From assembly GCA_038143065.1 (NCBI GenBank), contig JAYQLI010000037.1:1-17963 (forward strand): a stretch of 17,963 nucleotides of DNA. Reading direction: 5' to 3'. A program made the translations under genes and the position numbers. Under the pieces are notes generated by a model. That model was not told the origin of the DNA and made no database searches. It worked only from the letters and a program-made list of their open reading frames with translations. The stretch is from Rhodospirillales bacterium (lineage in GTDB: Bacteria > Pseudomonadota > Alphaproteobacteria > Bin95). Positions 1 to 10,661 of the stretch are shown one piece after another (positions within the stretch are counted from its first letter, which is position 1; every line of letters starts with the position of its first letter).

Positions 1-724
1 AGGTTCATCGCCGGATCGTTCGATATTTCGGCAACACGGGTGTTTGCTGGGTTCTCAAAGATTTCGTGCGCGGGCCCCTGTTGCAGCACCCTACCCTCGT
101 CAAGAATGATGATATCACCACAAGCTGCATAGCTTCCAGAGGATCGGTGCTGGAATAAATCAGGATAGAGTTTGACGATACTTTGTCAGAAAGATATTGC
201 GGAATTCCTCACGAAGCTGCTCACGAAGCTTGTAGTCAAAGGTTAACCAAAGGTTCGTCCAACAACAAGATGCCGGCCTGTTTCGCCAGCGACCGGGCAA
301 GTGCCACACGTTGCTGCTGGCCGCCGGACAGAGCCTGAATTTTTCTGCCTTCGAAGCCAGTGAGGCCGACGCTCTCCAGTGAGTCCATCACCCGCCCTGA
401 TCACGCCTTCATCCATCTTCCGCTGGCGCAGCGGAAGGCGACACGTTGTCGAACACGGTCAAATGCGGATAGTTGATGAACTGTTGATAGACCATCGCGA
501 TGTTGCGTTCCCAGACCGGCACTTGGCCCAGATCTGGTCATCTAACATCATGCGGCCGCCTTCCGGCGTGATCAGCCCAGCAATTGTCTTCAGCAGGTGG
601 TCTTGCCGGATAATGTCCTCCCAAGGATGGTGTAGAGTTCACCTTTCTGCATGCCGAATGACACATCATTCAGGTGAAATTCGTCTTCTGGCTTGTAGGT
701 CAGCCCCTTTGCGATTAAATCCAT
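1..724 (-). CDS. Carbohydrate/polyol ABC transporter ATP-binding subunit (MalK/GlpS-like); 3' end runs off the window, frameshifted as read
   Basis: Manual translation across frameshifts: MDLIAKGL..., Walker [10 protein letters not shown]-loop [13 protein letters not shown], signature [13 protein letters not shown], Walker [10 protein letters not shown] and [11 protein letters not shown]. The variant H-loop region [13 protein letters not shown] resembles GlpS-type subunits. Confidence 0.9.
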
Positions 725-725
725 C

Positions 726-1584
726 TTACTTCAGTGCTCCAGACAAGTTCCCTTTCGACAGGAAACGTTCAACAATAAAGGCCACCACGATCGGCGCGAC
801 CGAGATCAATGCTGAGGCCGAAAGGCTCCACCAAGGCGTAATCGAGGAATTCAGGGCCACGATCCGCACCGGCAACAGCTGCACCTCGGTAAAAGTGAGG
901 ATGAAAGCGAAGAAGAAGTCAGTCCATCCAAAGATCAGGCAGAACATGCCGGCGACGATCATGCCAGGGATGGAGTTCGGCAGTACCACCTTGAAAAATG
1001 CCTGATAGGGGTTGCACCCATCTATCAGCGCCGTCATCGTCTATTTCACGCGGCACCTTGTTGAAAAAATCCACCATGATCCAGACGGCTATCGGCATCA
1101 GCAGCACGATATAAACCATTATCAGACCTACGGGAGTCGAGCCCAAGATAGCCAAGCATTATGAAGAACGGAATCGACAGCACCCACCGGCGGCAATACG
1201 CTGCGAGATAAAGAAAGAAGGTTATGTCGTTGTTCTTGATGAAGCCCGCCTTGAATGTAAAACGCGACAGGGCATAAGCCGCAGAGTGCCTAGCAGAATG
1301 CTGATCAAGACTGGCTGAACAGGTTACAATGATGCTGTTGAAATAAGGCTCAACGATATCGACCCTCCACTCGCCGGAGTCCGCCACAATACGCGCCAGC
1401 CTTCCAGCGTCGGTTCGAACTGTAACCAAGGGATAGGTAGCTCCGCTGGTCACCGACTGAAAATCCTTAAATGACGTTGACAGTGCCCAGAGGGAAAGGC
1501 GCCACCACAAATATCGACCAAATGCAGATGAAGCCGTATTTTAGGAATGTGTATAGATTTAGCATGGTCAGTCTGTTTGATCAT
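726..1584 (-). CDS. Carbohydrate ABC transporter permease (MalG-like), frameshifted as read
   Basis: Joined ORF pieces: YFNSIIVT, AYALSRF, LMPIAVWIMVDFFNKVPREID, ALIDGC (EAA loop), FFKVVLP, FGWTDFFFAFILT, ERFLSKGNLSGALK. Confidence 0.88.
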
Positions 1585-2426
1585 GACCACCAGAACCTTG
1601 GCAATGATGGTCAGACTGACGATCATAATAACAAGATAGGTGAAGGATAGTGCTGCAGAATAACCCATTTGAAATTCAGCGCAGACCCTTTATGAAAATA
1701 TAGAAACTAGATGTTTCCGTTGCCGTTCCAGTCCTCCAGATGTTAGAACATAGATCGTATCCATTATCTTTGAGGCTTCGATTAATCTTATAATGATCGC
1801 CCCAATTGATATGGGTGCCATTAGCGAAATGTGACATAGATAAATTTGCAGATCGGCCCTGCCCCGTCGATGGAGGCAGCAAGGAACGCCTCCTCAGGCA
1901 GTGACAATAATCCGGCGAGAAGCAGCAGGAACATGAACGGTGTCCACTGCCAGGTCTCGACAATAACCACCGTGACTTTTGCCAAGGTCTCGTCACTCAG
2001 CCACAGCGGAGTGATCTCGAACAAGCTGAGGAAATCATTCACCGGACCTAGAAGTTCATGAAATACCGTTTTCCAGATTACCGTCATGATGACCGGCGTT
2101 GTCATCATCGGGATAAGAACAGCACCGGAAAAACCGCTTGAGGCCAGATCGCGCCATACCATCAGCGCTAACGAGAAGCCAAGCACATATTGCAGAAACA
2201 CGGTGGTCAGTGACAGAAAACTCCCAGCCGGAAAAAGATTCCCAAAAACGTTTGTCTTCGGTGAACAATCGGACGTAGTTTTCAAGACCAATAAAATCCA
2301 GACCGGGATAGAAACTGTCCCAGCTCGACAGACTGAGCCTGATGGTAAAAGAATTGGGAAGATCAGGATCCCAATCAGCACCAGAAGGCCCGGCAGCAAG
2401 AAGATGTGTTTATGCCTGAAGTTCAT
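1568..2426 (-). CDS. Carbohydrate ABC transporter permease (MalF-like), frameshifted; 3' end approximate
   Basis: FLLPGLLVLIG, LIPMMTTPV, ETWQWTPFMFLLLLAGLLSLPEEAFLAASIDGAG (EAA loop), MGYSAALS. Confidence 0.88.
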
Positions 2427-2471
2427 AGCGAACCCTCAAATTCGGGTGTTTGAAATACGAAAAATGAACAT

Positions 2472-2499
2472 GGGTGACCGGCGGAGGGTCCGGTCACCC
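2472..2499. repeat. Intergenic inverted repeat between the binding-protein and permease genes (probable mRNA stabiliser or attenuator)
   Basis: GGGTGACCGG-N8-CCGGTCACCC, a perfect 10-bp stem 16 nt after the inferred binding-protein stop. This position is common in ABC operons. Confidence 0.7.
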
Positions 2500-2515
2500 G
2501 TTAATCAGCAGTTAG

Positions 2516-4050
2516 TTAAAGGTTGTCCTCAAGCGCAACGCCAACAGCAAGCTTCACGGACATTGTCTTTACCAACACGATTCAGGATTTTCTCCCACTC
2601 AGCGGCTACCTCATCTAGAGCCTCCTGTGGGCTCAGCTGGCCAGCGAGCGCCTTTGAAGTGCCGGTTGCCACCGCACTGGTAAACTGGAAGACACCAGGA
2701 CAGCGTAGCGGGAATACGCGGTTGGTGCTCTTCTCTTCCATGTCCAGCAAAGTCTGAGTGTATTCCTTGGCGATTTGCTCATCCCAGCCCTGACGCTCCA
2801 CATAAATGCTCGGAACGAAGTCAGACTTCTTAAACAGGTTCACACCGAAGCGGCCAATGGCAATGTCCAGCCTGGTGGTTTGCGTCATTCGAGAAGAAGC
2901 ATAGATAGTCGAACGCCATGTCGTGATTTTTTGACTTCTTGGCAACAGCCGCGGCCCAGCCCCAGACGATGTAAGGTGCCTGATTGAACTCTTTGTCCCA
3001 GTCACCCTTTATGCGGTTCCAGACGCGGTCCGAACCTGGAAGCGGCGCAGCGCCAACTTTGTTCTTGATCGGGCTGTCATCTTCCATGGCAGCAACGAAT
3101 GCATCGTCCCAAGAGAAGCTGAACAGGGTCTGTCCACCACCAAATGAGTTGATCTCGTCACCGAGGCCAAAATTGATGCCGCCCGGCGGCACATATTTGG
3201 TCGCCTCGACCCAGTCGGTGAGCGCCTCTACAAATCCCGGACCGTTGATAGAGGTGTCATAGTCTCGAGGTCAAGAAGAGATCCGCCCGGTGTACGGGGA
3301 TTCTTCCGAATAGGCGACCGAACGGCTAAGAACGCTGCATACATCAGGTCGTCCTTTTTCATGACCTCGGCCGAGCCGTACTCAAGCTCGCCGTCACCAT
3401 CCCAGTCCCAGCCATTGAAAAAGGCAGCGATCTCGCCATACTCTTTCCAGGTGCGCGGAACCCGCAGTTCCTTGCCTGTCTCGGCCTTGTACTTTTTCTG
3501 ATACTCGGGATTGTCGATTACGTCCTTGCGATACTTCCAGATAATGACGGTCACCATCAATCGGGAACTGGATCATCTGGCCGTCCCAGGAAGCCACGTC
3601 GATATGCGACTTGGTGACGTCCTGCATCTGTCGCATGTTGACGTAGTAGTCTGGCACTGGCTCCAGATACATCATCCAATCGCGGATGAAGTTGGAGAAG
3701 CCAAAGACGATGTCATAAGGTGCCTGGCCAGCCTGAAAGGGGACCATCGCCTTAGAGTAGAGGTCACCCGCCGGTGTGTGGATCACGTTGACTTCCGCAC
3801 CAGTGAGCTTGGCAAACTGCTCAGCATGGAGCGCGGTCGGTTCGCCCATAACAGGTACGGCGTGCGTGTTGATGGTAAGCTTTGCGTCCGCTATGATCTT
3901 TCTTCGACATTGACTCATAAGAACACTCGCCGGGGATATCACCAGTGTTTTTAATATGCGGAAACTGGTCGCTCCACTTGTCGGCCTGCACGGCGGTGGC
4001 GATGATCGACGCCCCACCACGATGCCTGTTGATAACACACTAAATTTCAT
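2516..4050 (-). CDS. Carbohydrate ABC transporter substrate-binding protein, frameshifted as read
   Basis: GGAGG RBS before ATG 4050, signal-like N-terminus, QFPIDGDRHY, YRKDVI, VPRTWKEY, FSWDDAF, GAAPLPGS, ALAGQLSPQEALDEVAAEWEKI. Reframed C-terminus VGVALEDNL*. Confidence 0.88.
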
Positions 4051-4092
4051 AGTTTCCTCCATATAATTTCCTGTGGATGAAAGGGGTCTAGA

Positions 4093-5140
4093 TTAAGGTA
4101 CAAGAGCAGCACGACCCCTTACGTCGCCGCTATTCAGGTCGTGCAAAGCCTTATTGGCCTCGTCGAGCCGGTATTCCTGCATCGACAATGTCACGAGCCC
4201 TTTATTTGCGAGCTCCATGAGTTCATAGAGTTCGGCCCAAGTGCCAACTAGATTGCCGACGATAGTCTTCTCGGAAATGATCATGTCCGGCGAGAACCTG
4301 AATTTCTTCGCCATATCCAACGCGATGTAGTAGAAACCACTATTGGCGGTCATGTTCAGGCCCTTGGTGGTTGAACCATGCTCACCGACGAAGTCGATGA
4401 CAGCTTCGGCGCCCTTGCTGTGGGTCAGTTCCATAACCAAATTCATGCTCGTTGCCGTCGATAGCACCCCTTGTCAGCACCAAGTTCGATGGCGTGCTTC
4501 AGGCGTTGGCAGATTTTTCGACAACGATGATGTCAGCGTCGCCATCAGACACTGGATCGCAATGTGACCGAGGCCACCGGCGCCAATAATGACACAAGCT
4601 TGCCCCGGCGGCAGATGGCGTGTTGCTTTTTTTACAACCCGATAGGCGGTAAGGCCAGCATCAGAGAATGGTGCAACATCCTTCGGCGTTAGAACTGATG
4701 GCAGTTTGATCAAGTTGCGGACACTTGTTTTCAGTAGCTCTGCATACCCACCTTCCTTAATGTTAAGACCGGAAGCACCATCTTCTGCATGCATGTCGTG
4801 ACCACCTGACGACATGAAAGGCATGTGCCATCTGTTCCAGAGATCAGCGGATGCAATATGACAGGGTCACCCTGCACCAAAACCTGTAACGTCCTTGCCA
4901 ACCTCTTCAACCCAGCCAGCGTTTTCATGCCCCATAACAGGCAGAAGCTTGTTGTCTGGGTCCTGAATATGACGCCAAACTCCCTCAATAATATGAAGGT
5001 CGGTACGACATACCCCTGCTGCACCAATCTTAACGATTACATCGGATGATTTTTCAATCTTTGGGTCAGGCATTTCGGCACCCTTTGCCAAACGATGTTT
5101 TCATCTCTGTATCGTACTCATAAAATGCTTGAGCTTTCAT
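4093..5140 (-). CDS. Zn-dependent NAD(P) alcohol dehydrogenase (MDR family), frameshifted as read
   Basis: GVCRTDLH, GHENAGWVEEVG, FSDAGLTAY, GAGGLGHIAIQ (Rossmann), VIDFVG, GDVRGRAALVP. Confidence 0.9.
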
Positions 5141-5206
5141 TTACTTCACCTTTCAACACTTTCTGAGTTGAGGTTGGTGACTTCAACAGTCATCAATTAC
5201 AGTTTA

Positions 5207-5254
5207 TGTTCAAAAAGGAGCAAAAAGGCCGAAATAGTGTTCAGTTTTTGAGCA
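5207..5254. promoter_or_regulatory. Two putative activator-binding sites in the divergent adh/regulator intergenic region
   Basis: TGTTCAAAAAGGAGCA (5207-5222) and TGTTCAGTTTTTGAGCA (5238-5254) are similar imperfect palindromes starting 31 bp apart. Confidence 0.45.
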
Positions 5255-5357
5255 GTGTGCTATGTTGTCAGATAATATTTGCTAGGATAACGTTCTTATG
5301 CTTGGTGGAAATAAGGTCTTAATATGTCGATGCGAACAGACATTGTGAGTGAAGACT

Positions 5358-7005
5358 ATGCGTTCGATATTCAGAAATTCAGGATCTTCAGAAAAAGGAG
5401 GTATGTTTTCTGCAATCTCCGACAGCTGGTCGCGTTGCCGTGAATTTGGACTACGCGCATTGGGAAACCCACAGAGGCAGTACTTAGCGACGAAAAATTC
5501 CGGTTGATATTGAGCAGAATGAGGGCGTTCGACATATAGTATTGCCTGAGCTGGAACTTCTGTATAACCAGATTGCCGGGCACTAATTTTATGGTTGCCT
5601 ATGCTGATAGCGATGGTGTGGTTCTTGATTCCATTCAGGATGATGATTTTCAAGCTGGCGAAGGTGGGAAAGCTGTAGTTCCTGGCTCTGTCTGGAAGGA
5701 AAGCCATCGAGGAACGAACGCTCTGGGCCTTGCCATACACAGCCGCCGTCCCGCTATTGTCGCCGGGCGCGACCATTTTTCAGGCTTGGTGACCTGTGTC
5801 ATGCTTTGCCGTGCCAATTTTCAACCATGAGAGCGATATTGTCGGCGTTATCGATGCTACATCAAACGCCAAGGCTCGTAACGAACACACTAGCCTTGGT
5901 CAAGCTAGCCTCTCGGAACATTGAAAACCGCCTTTTCGCCGAACAATTCTGCGACTCTTCGATTCTAATGTTCCACGCTCGCCATGAATACCTTCCAACA
6001 ACAAGCGTCGCGATGATTGCGTTGATGATTACGGCTTCATTGAAGGCGCAAATTACCAACGCAAAGTCTATGTTGAAGACGGTTTGAACTTAAACAGCAA
6101 ACAACATTTCAGCGAGGTATTTCAGGTCAAGTTTTCAGAAAATTATCGACCAGGCGCGGTCAAACGAGATTGTTCGTATCCGTGATAGCTAGGTTCATTT
6201 GTCTTTATGAAGGCGCAGCCTCCTGTCACGCGCCGCTTTGTCCAAGATGAGAGTGATTTCATCATCCACAATGGCCAACACCTTCTGGTAAGTGAGTAAT
6301 GCCAGCCCCAATAACCCGACGAGTGGATATGCCTCAAAGACCGACACGCGCCTTCCAGGGATGAGGTTTTGAAAAAGGAGATTGAATCAGCGGTCCGCTC
6401 ATTATCAATCGGACTACCTGTGGTTATTGAGGGGCGAGCCTGGTACCGGTAAAACTGAACTGGCCCGTGAATTTTCAATAAAACTTTTGATAATGGGGAG
6501 CCTAGCAGTAATTGATTGCCATGTTCTAACCGCAGAAAACTTCAAAAGCTATCTCTTTGGTGATGAGGGTATGATCAGTTTTTTGATCCTGATTCTGTAA
6601 AGAATTCCAAGGGCAAGCTTGCTCTCGCGCGCGGTGGTTGCATATTATTCCGAAACGCGCAAACGCTTGATAAGGAGATTCAGCAGCGGATTTCAGACGC
6701 AATGACCTTTGAAGAAGAGCGGCGGCGTGATGGCTTAACGCCAGTCATCACCGGCTGGTTTTTTGTCGGACCCCTATCATGGGTAGAGCACACCGATAAT
6801 GATATCATACCGGCATTCTCCAAAAGCATCAACGGAAAGACAGTAACGGCGCCACCACTATCGCATCGATCAGATTTTCAAAAGGTGGCTTCAGCTATCA
6901 TCGCTGATGTCTCGCAGAGCACTCCTTTCACCTGTTGCGCCGAGATCCTACAGGAGGGAGAACTGGCCAGGCAATTTGAAGCAAGATAGTTACATTCAGA
7001 TTTAG
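5358..7005 (+). pseudogene. AcoR-like GAF + AAA+ transcriptional activator, truncated before the C-terminal HTH
   Basis: DSWSRCREFGL, ADSDGVVL, GSVWKESHRGTNALGLA, ALVKLASRNIENRLF (AcoR GAF region), GEPGTGKTELA (Walker A), GKLALARGG. NWPGNLKQ (6961-6984) is followed by unrelated residues and TAG at 7003-7005. No Fis-type HTH follows. Confidence 0.8.
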
Positions 7006-7034
7006 GTATCAGTCTGTTCTCAGAAAACTTCAGT

Positions 7035-7057
7035 TTTGACACAGATTTGACACAGTA
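7035..7057 (+). repeat. Tandem arm-type integrase site, left copy
   Basis: TTTGACACAGATTTGACACAGTA (11-bp period), ending 13 bp before the integrase ATG; identical to 12450-12472. Confidence 0.85.
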
Positions 7058-7070
7058 AAAGGTCAAATCA

Positions 7071-8054
7071 ATGGGTTGTGTGCGTAAAAGAGGTAAGTCT
7101 TGGAATGCTCAAGTGAGGATTGCTGGATGGAGAAGTTTTACCAAATCATTCAAGTCAAAGTCAGATGCTGTTTTTTGGATTGCAGGAAACAGAACATCAA
7201 CTCAAGACAGTTACCTCTTCCAAGAGTGAATGTTGGTGAGATCACCTTAAAAGAGAACTTCTACAGACTTATCCCAAAGAAGTGTCGTTCAATTTGAAAG
7301 GTTCAGAAATAGAAACATACAAACTGAAATTATTCAAAACATCCGATTGCAGAGAACAAACTTGTTAATCTTACTCAACGCAAACATTTTGAATATCTTC
7401 GTGATGAGAGGTTAAAAGTTAAAGTCTGGAACTGTTCATGCAGACTTGATGATGTTTAGAAGAGTATTCAAAACTGCAATACACAAATGGGGATATGGAC
7501 TACCCAAAAACCCTGTTGAATATCTTCAACTACCATCACCTCACAAGTCTCGTAAACGCAGATTGATGCCTAGTGAAAAAGAACACCTCCTTACCGCTGC
7601 ATCATCACAACGCAATATCTACATCGCCTATATCATTGAGTTTGCGATTGAAACAGGTATGCGCCGTTCTGAGATACTGAAACTCCGATGGTGTGATGTT
7701 GATTTGGAGAATGGGTTTGCATCTCTTTATGACACCAAGAATGGTGAAGATAGACGAGTGCCTCTCACTAGAAGGTGCATAGAAGTTCTTCAGACGGTGC
7801 CTCATACTAATGAACAATTGTTCCCCATCTCTGCCACCTGTTTGCGTCTTGCATGGAACAGAGCACGCAATAAAGCAGGCATCACTGATTTACGGTTTTA
7901 TGACTTGAGACATGAAGCAGTTTCACGGATCTTTGAGATGGGAATGTCAGTTCCAGAAGTGGCACTAATATCTGGACATAAGGATGTAAGACAGTTGTTC
8001 AGATACACCCACTTGAACCCATCAAATGTGTTCAAGAAGTATGCGGCGTTCTAG
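7071..8054 (+). CDS. int: Tyrosine recombinase/integrase (Rci/HP1-like); N-terminal third frameshifted as read
   Basis: N-terminal arm-binding-like MGCVRKRGKSWNAQVRIAGW; catalytic motifs ETGMRRSE, DTKNG, FYDLRHEA, ISGHKDVRQLFRYTH. Confidence 0.92.
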
Positions 8055-8317
8055 AACAGTCCAGCGACATAGTGATAAATGCCATACACGATGACACAAA
8101 TCACCACGAGTATGATGAAGAGTGTTTGCAGGAAGTCATGCACTAGCGCTTTGACTAGTTGTTTGGTTTTGACTGAACCAAGGGCGAGATAACAAAGGAC
8201 TAATGACACTGGGAAAGAAAACCAAAAGACAGTTGAGACAATCCAGAACTTTATGAACCCCATATCCTTAAATGGATTTTCATCGTCATTTTTTATTATC
8301 TGGTTTTCGGTATTCAT
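8051..8317 (-). CDS. Small membrane protein with two hydrophobic segments
   Basis: Intact 88-aa ORF with FWIVSTVFWFSFPVSLVLCYLALG and LFIILVVICVIVYGIYHYV. Its stop overlaps the integrase stop. Confidence 0.7.
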   Translation of the reverse strand: MNTENQIIKNDDENPFKDMGFIKFWIVSTVFWFSFPVSLVLCYLALGSVKTKQLVKALVHDFLQTLFIILVVICVIVYGIYHYVAGLF

Positions 8318-8375
8318 AGAGGTGTCTCTATTGCATTTATAGATTAGAAAATCGTTATCAGTTTTGAGGGGTGTA

Positions 8376-8579
8376 TCATGATGCAGTCATAGACTGCAAA
8401 GTGTTCCTCTGTTTCCTCTGTGCAGTACTCTCTTGCATCTTCCTGTCACGAACCATCTTCAGTCCTTCGTTCACCATTGAGTTGATACTAGTAGTGGCAG
8501 CGTCCAACTCTTTAACTCTTTGGCAGTCCATCCAAAGGTTGTAGTCAATTCTTGCGGCGTAATCGTGAGTTATCTTCAT
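8376..8579 (-). CDS. Small protein, possible ribbon-helix-helix DNA-binding protein
   Basis: 67 aa. Strand-like HDYAARID, helix YNLWMDCQRVKEL and second helix SINSMVNEGLKMV fit the RHH pattern by eye. Confidence 0.5.
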   Translation of the reverse strand: MKITHDYAARIDYNLWMDCQRVKELDAATTSINSMVNEGLKMVRDRKMQESTAQRKQRNTLQSMTAS

Positions 8580-8718
8580 TCTTAATTTTCCTTTTCGGGA
8601 TTTTCCGTTGGTTTAGAAGATTCAGCAGGCGCCCAAAGAGTGGATTTGGTTCAAACCGTTTCTTACCTAACTGTTTACAGATTTTATCCCATGACAGTTC
8701 TGGTTTATCGTCTATCAC
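8545..8718 (-). CDS. Small basic hypothetical protein (57 aa, below the ORF track cutoff)
   Basis: GTG start overlaps the upstream stop (GTGA coupling). MIDDKPELSWDKICKQLGKKRFEPNPLFGRLLNLLNQRKIPKRKIKNEDNSRLRRKN*; overlaps the next ORF. Confidence 0.5.
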   Translation of the reverse strand: MIDDKPELSWDKICKQLGKKRFEPNPLFGRLLNLLNQRKIPKRKIKNEDNSRLRRKN

Positions 8719-8915
8719 TTTATCCCCCGCTGATTCCTATCCATCTGAGCGTTCTGTTCGCCCAGCAGCAATGTCTGTTGAGAAATCTCACCAAACATCT
8801 TCACCAGCACCTTTCGTGCGGCAATCTCATCTTTTGATTTGATGTATTCGTTACCGAGCGTGATGAGTTTCTTGCCCGATGCGTCTATGCGTTGTTTGAG
8901 TTGTTGTATGTCCAT
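8715..8915 (-). CDS. Small helical hypothetical protein, first gene of a three-gene operon
   Basis: Intact 66-aa ORF preceded by purine-rich AAAGGAACAGAGGT. Confidence 0.65.
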   Translation of the reverse strand: MDIQQLKQRIDASGKKLITLGNEYIKSKDEIAARKVLVKMFGEISQQTLLLGEQNAQMDRNQRGIK

Positions 8916-8943
8916 ACCTCTGTTCCTTTCAGAGGTATTTATA
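8914..8943 (-). promoter_or_regulatory. T4-type late promoter consensus TATAAATA overlapping a hairpin that sequesters the RBS/start
   Basis: Minus strand reads TATAAATACCTCTGAAAGGAACAGAGGTATG. The stem ATACCTCTG/CAGAGGTAT is perfect (9 bp) and includes GAGG and the AT of ATG. Confidence 0.55.
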
Positions 8944-9070
8944 TGAACTTTTAAAAATGACTTTGGAAAAGTCTAAAAATCAAATTTCTATGACACACAA
9001 ACACAAATTTTCCGTTATGTTGTATTTCGATCCCCTGCAATTTATCCACAATTTTGGTGTCATATTAAAA

Positions 9071-10101
9071 ATGAATAAGACGCAAGAGTCATCTTTGAGA
9101 GTGATAAGTCTGTTTTCTGGATGTGGTGGCATGGATTTAGGGTTTCAGAAGGAGGGTTATAAAATAATCTTTGCTAATGATATCGAACCTTCTGTTAAAG
9201 ACACCTATCAACATAACTTAACCCGAAATTAAAATTGCAGATATTCGAACTTTTAATAAGGCGGATATTCCTGAGGCAGAAATAGTAATCGCCGGCATAC
9301 CGTGCCAACCGTTTTCAAACGCAGGAAATCGGCAGTCGACAAAAGACACAGATGGCAACCTTTTTTTCAAGTTCTGGAGGTGAGGAACATCACATCCGAA
9401 AAGACCAAAGGTGGAAGTGTTTGAAAATTCAGAGGTTTTTTGTCATCTAAAGACGAAAACGGGATATTGTTGACTGACCGCTTTAGCGCTGAAATTGAGA
9501 CAACTTGGTTACTCTACGTTTTTCAAACTTCTAAATGCATCAGATTTTGGCGTTCCCTCTAACCGATATCGTGTGTTTATTGTTTGTGTCTTGACTGAAA
9601 AGAAAAAGATTTTGTTTTCCAGAACCTAATGAAAAAATCAGACCTAAAACTGTGGGGGCAATAATTAACAAAAAATTACCACACAACGAAGTTCAAGAAG
9701 TTTGGAATTTGCCTCCATCTTCAAGGCGTATAATTGGTTTCATTCCTGAGGGCGGTTCTTGGAAAAACATACCAGATGAAAAATTAAGTGAACGCTTCTT
9801 GAAGATTCGGCAAAATCCAAAGAAATATCGTGCGCCAAATTTTTATCGGCGTTTTGCCCGTAATGAAATAATGGGAACAGTAACCGCACGAACATCCTCA
9901 CCTGAAAATAGTGGGATTTTGCATCCGTTGGAAGATCGTAGGTATTCTGTGAGAGAAGTCGCACGATTTCAAAGTTTTCCCGACAGTTTTAAATTTCTGG
10001 GAAACAATGTAAGCGCAAAGTATAAAATGATTGGCAATGCCGTCCCACCATCTTTAGCGCAGGTAATAGCAAAGGCAATTAAAGATCAATTTTTCTGTTG
10101 A
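9071..10101 (+). CDS. DNA cytosine-5 methyltransferase, frameshifted as read
   Basis: Motif I SLFSGCGGMDLGF, ANDIE, motif IV AGIPCQPFSNAG, motif VI FEN, motif VIII FGVPSNRYRVFIV, motif IX RRYSVREVARFQSFPD, motif X YKMIGNAVPP. Confidence 0.93.
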
Positions 10102-10661
10102 AGTATCCACTGTTTTGCAGTTCAATTATTTCAACATCATCGTCAAATCTTCCCATCCCAGTGTTGCAACTGTCACAAACATACCCCCTAGGTTCACCTG
10201 TTTTATGGTTGTGCTCTAGAACAATTCTGCTCATGCCCACAATGCTTGTTTTTTCACAAATAGGTCATTGAAATAACTCATATTTCTCAGGTTTTCTTTT
10301 TTCCCATGTCTTTTTCAGAGCATCAAACAAGAGCCTTTCCATCTTTTTCTAATCTGCAACCTACAAGATGGTCTTTTTTAATCTTGTTATCTTTTTTCGC
10401 CGATTATTTTCAAAATTCACATCGGTTGCAAGCAAGCGGAAACACCGATCACAAATTTTATTTTGATAATCATCACCACATTTTGTTACGTCAAAAAATT
10501 CAACTTCGTCACGATTGAACTCATATGCTTTGTTTACTCGTGGAAATTGTATCAAGATTGTGTTGTGGCGATCTGTTGTAACAAGACCAATCTCACTCTG
10601 CTTTAGAGTTATGTCACCTAACTGTTTTGTCTCGCACTTTAATCTCATCATACCGTGGCAT
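10086..10661 (-). CDS. Hpy99I-family type II restriction endonuclease (beta-beta-alpha-Me, Zn-binding), frameshifted as read
   Basis: KICDRCFRLL, FENNR, RPSC, PICEKTSIVG, IVLEHNHKTGEPRGYVCDSCNTGMGRFDDD. Convergent with and overlapping the MTase 3' end; GGAG RBS before ATG 10661. Confidence 0.8.

Noticed and set aside
379-3954. Long plus-strand ORFs (379-1005, 2086-2757, 3511-3954 and others)
   Set aside because: They are antisense shadows of the ABC transporter genes and show no motifs.
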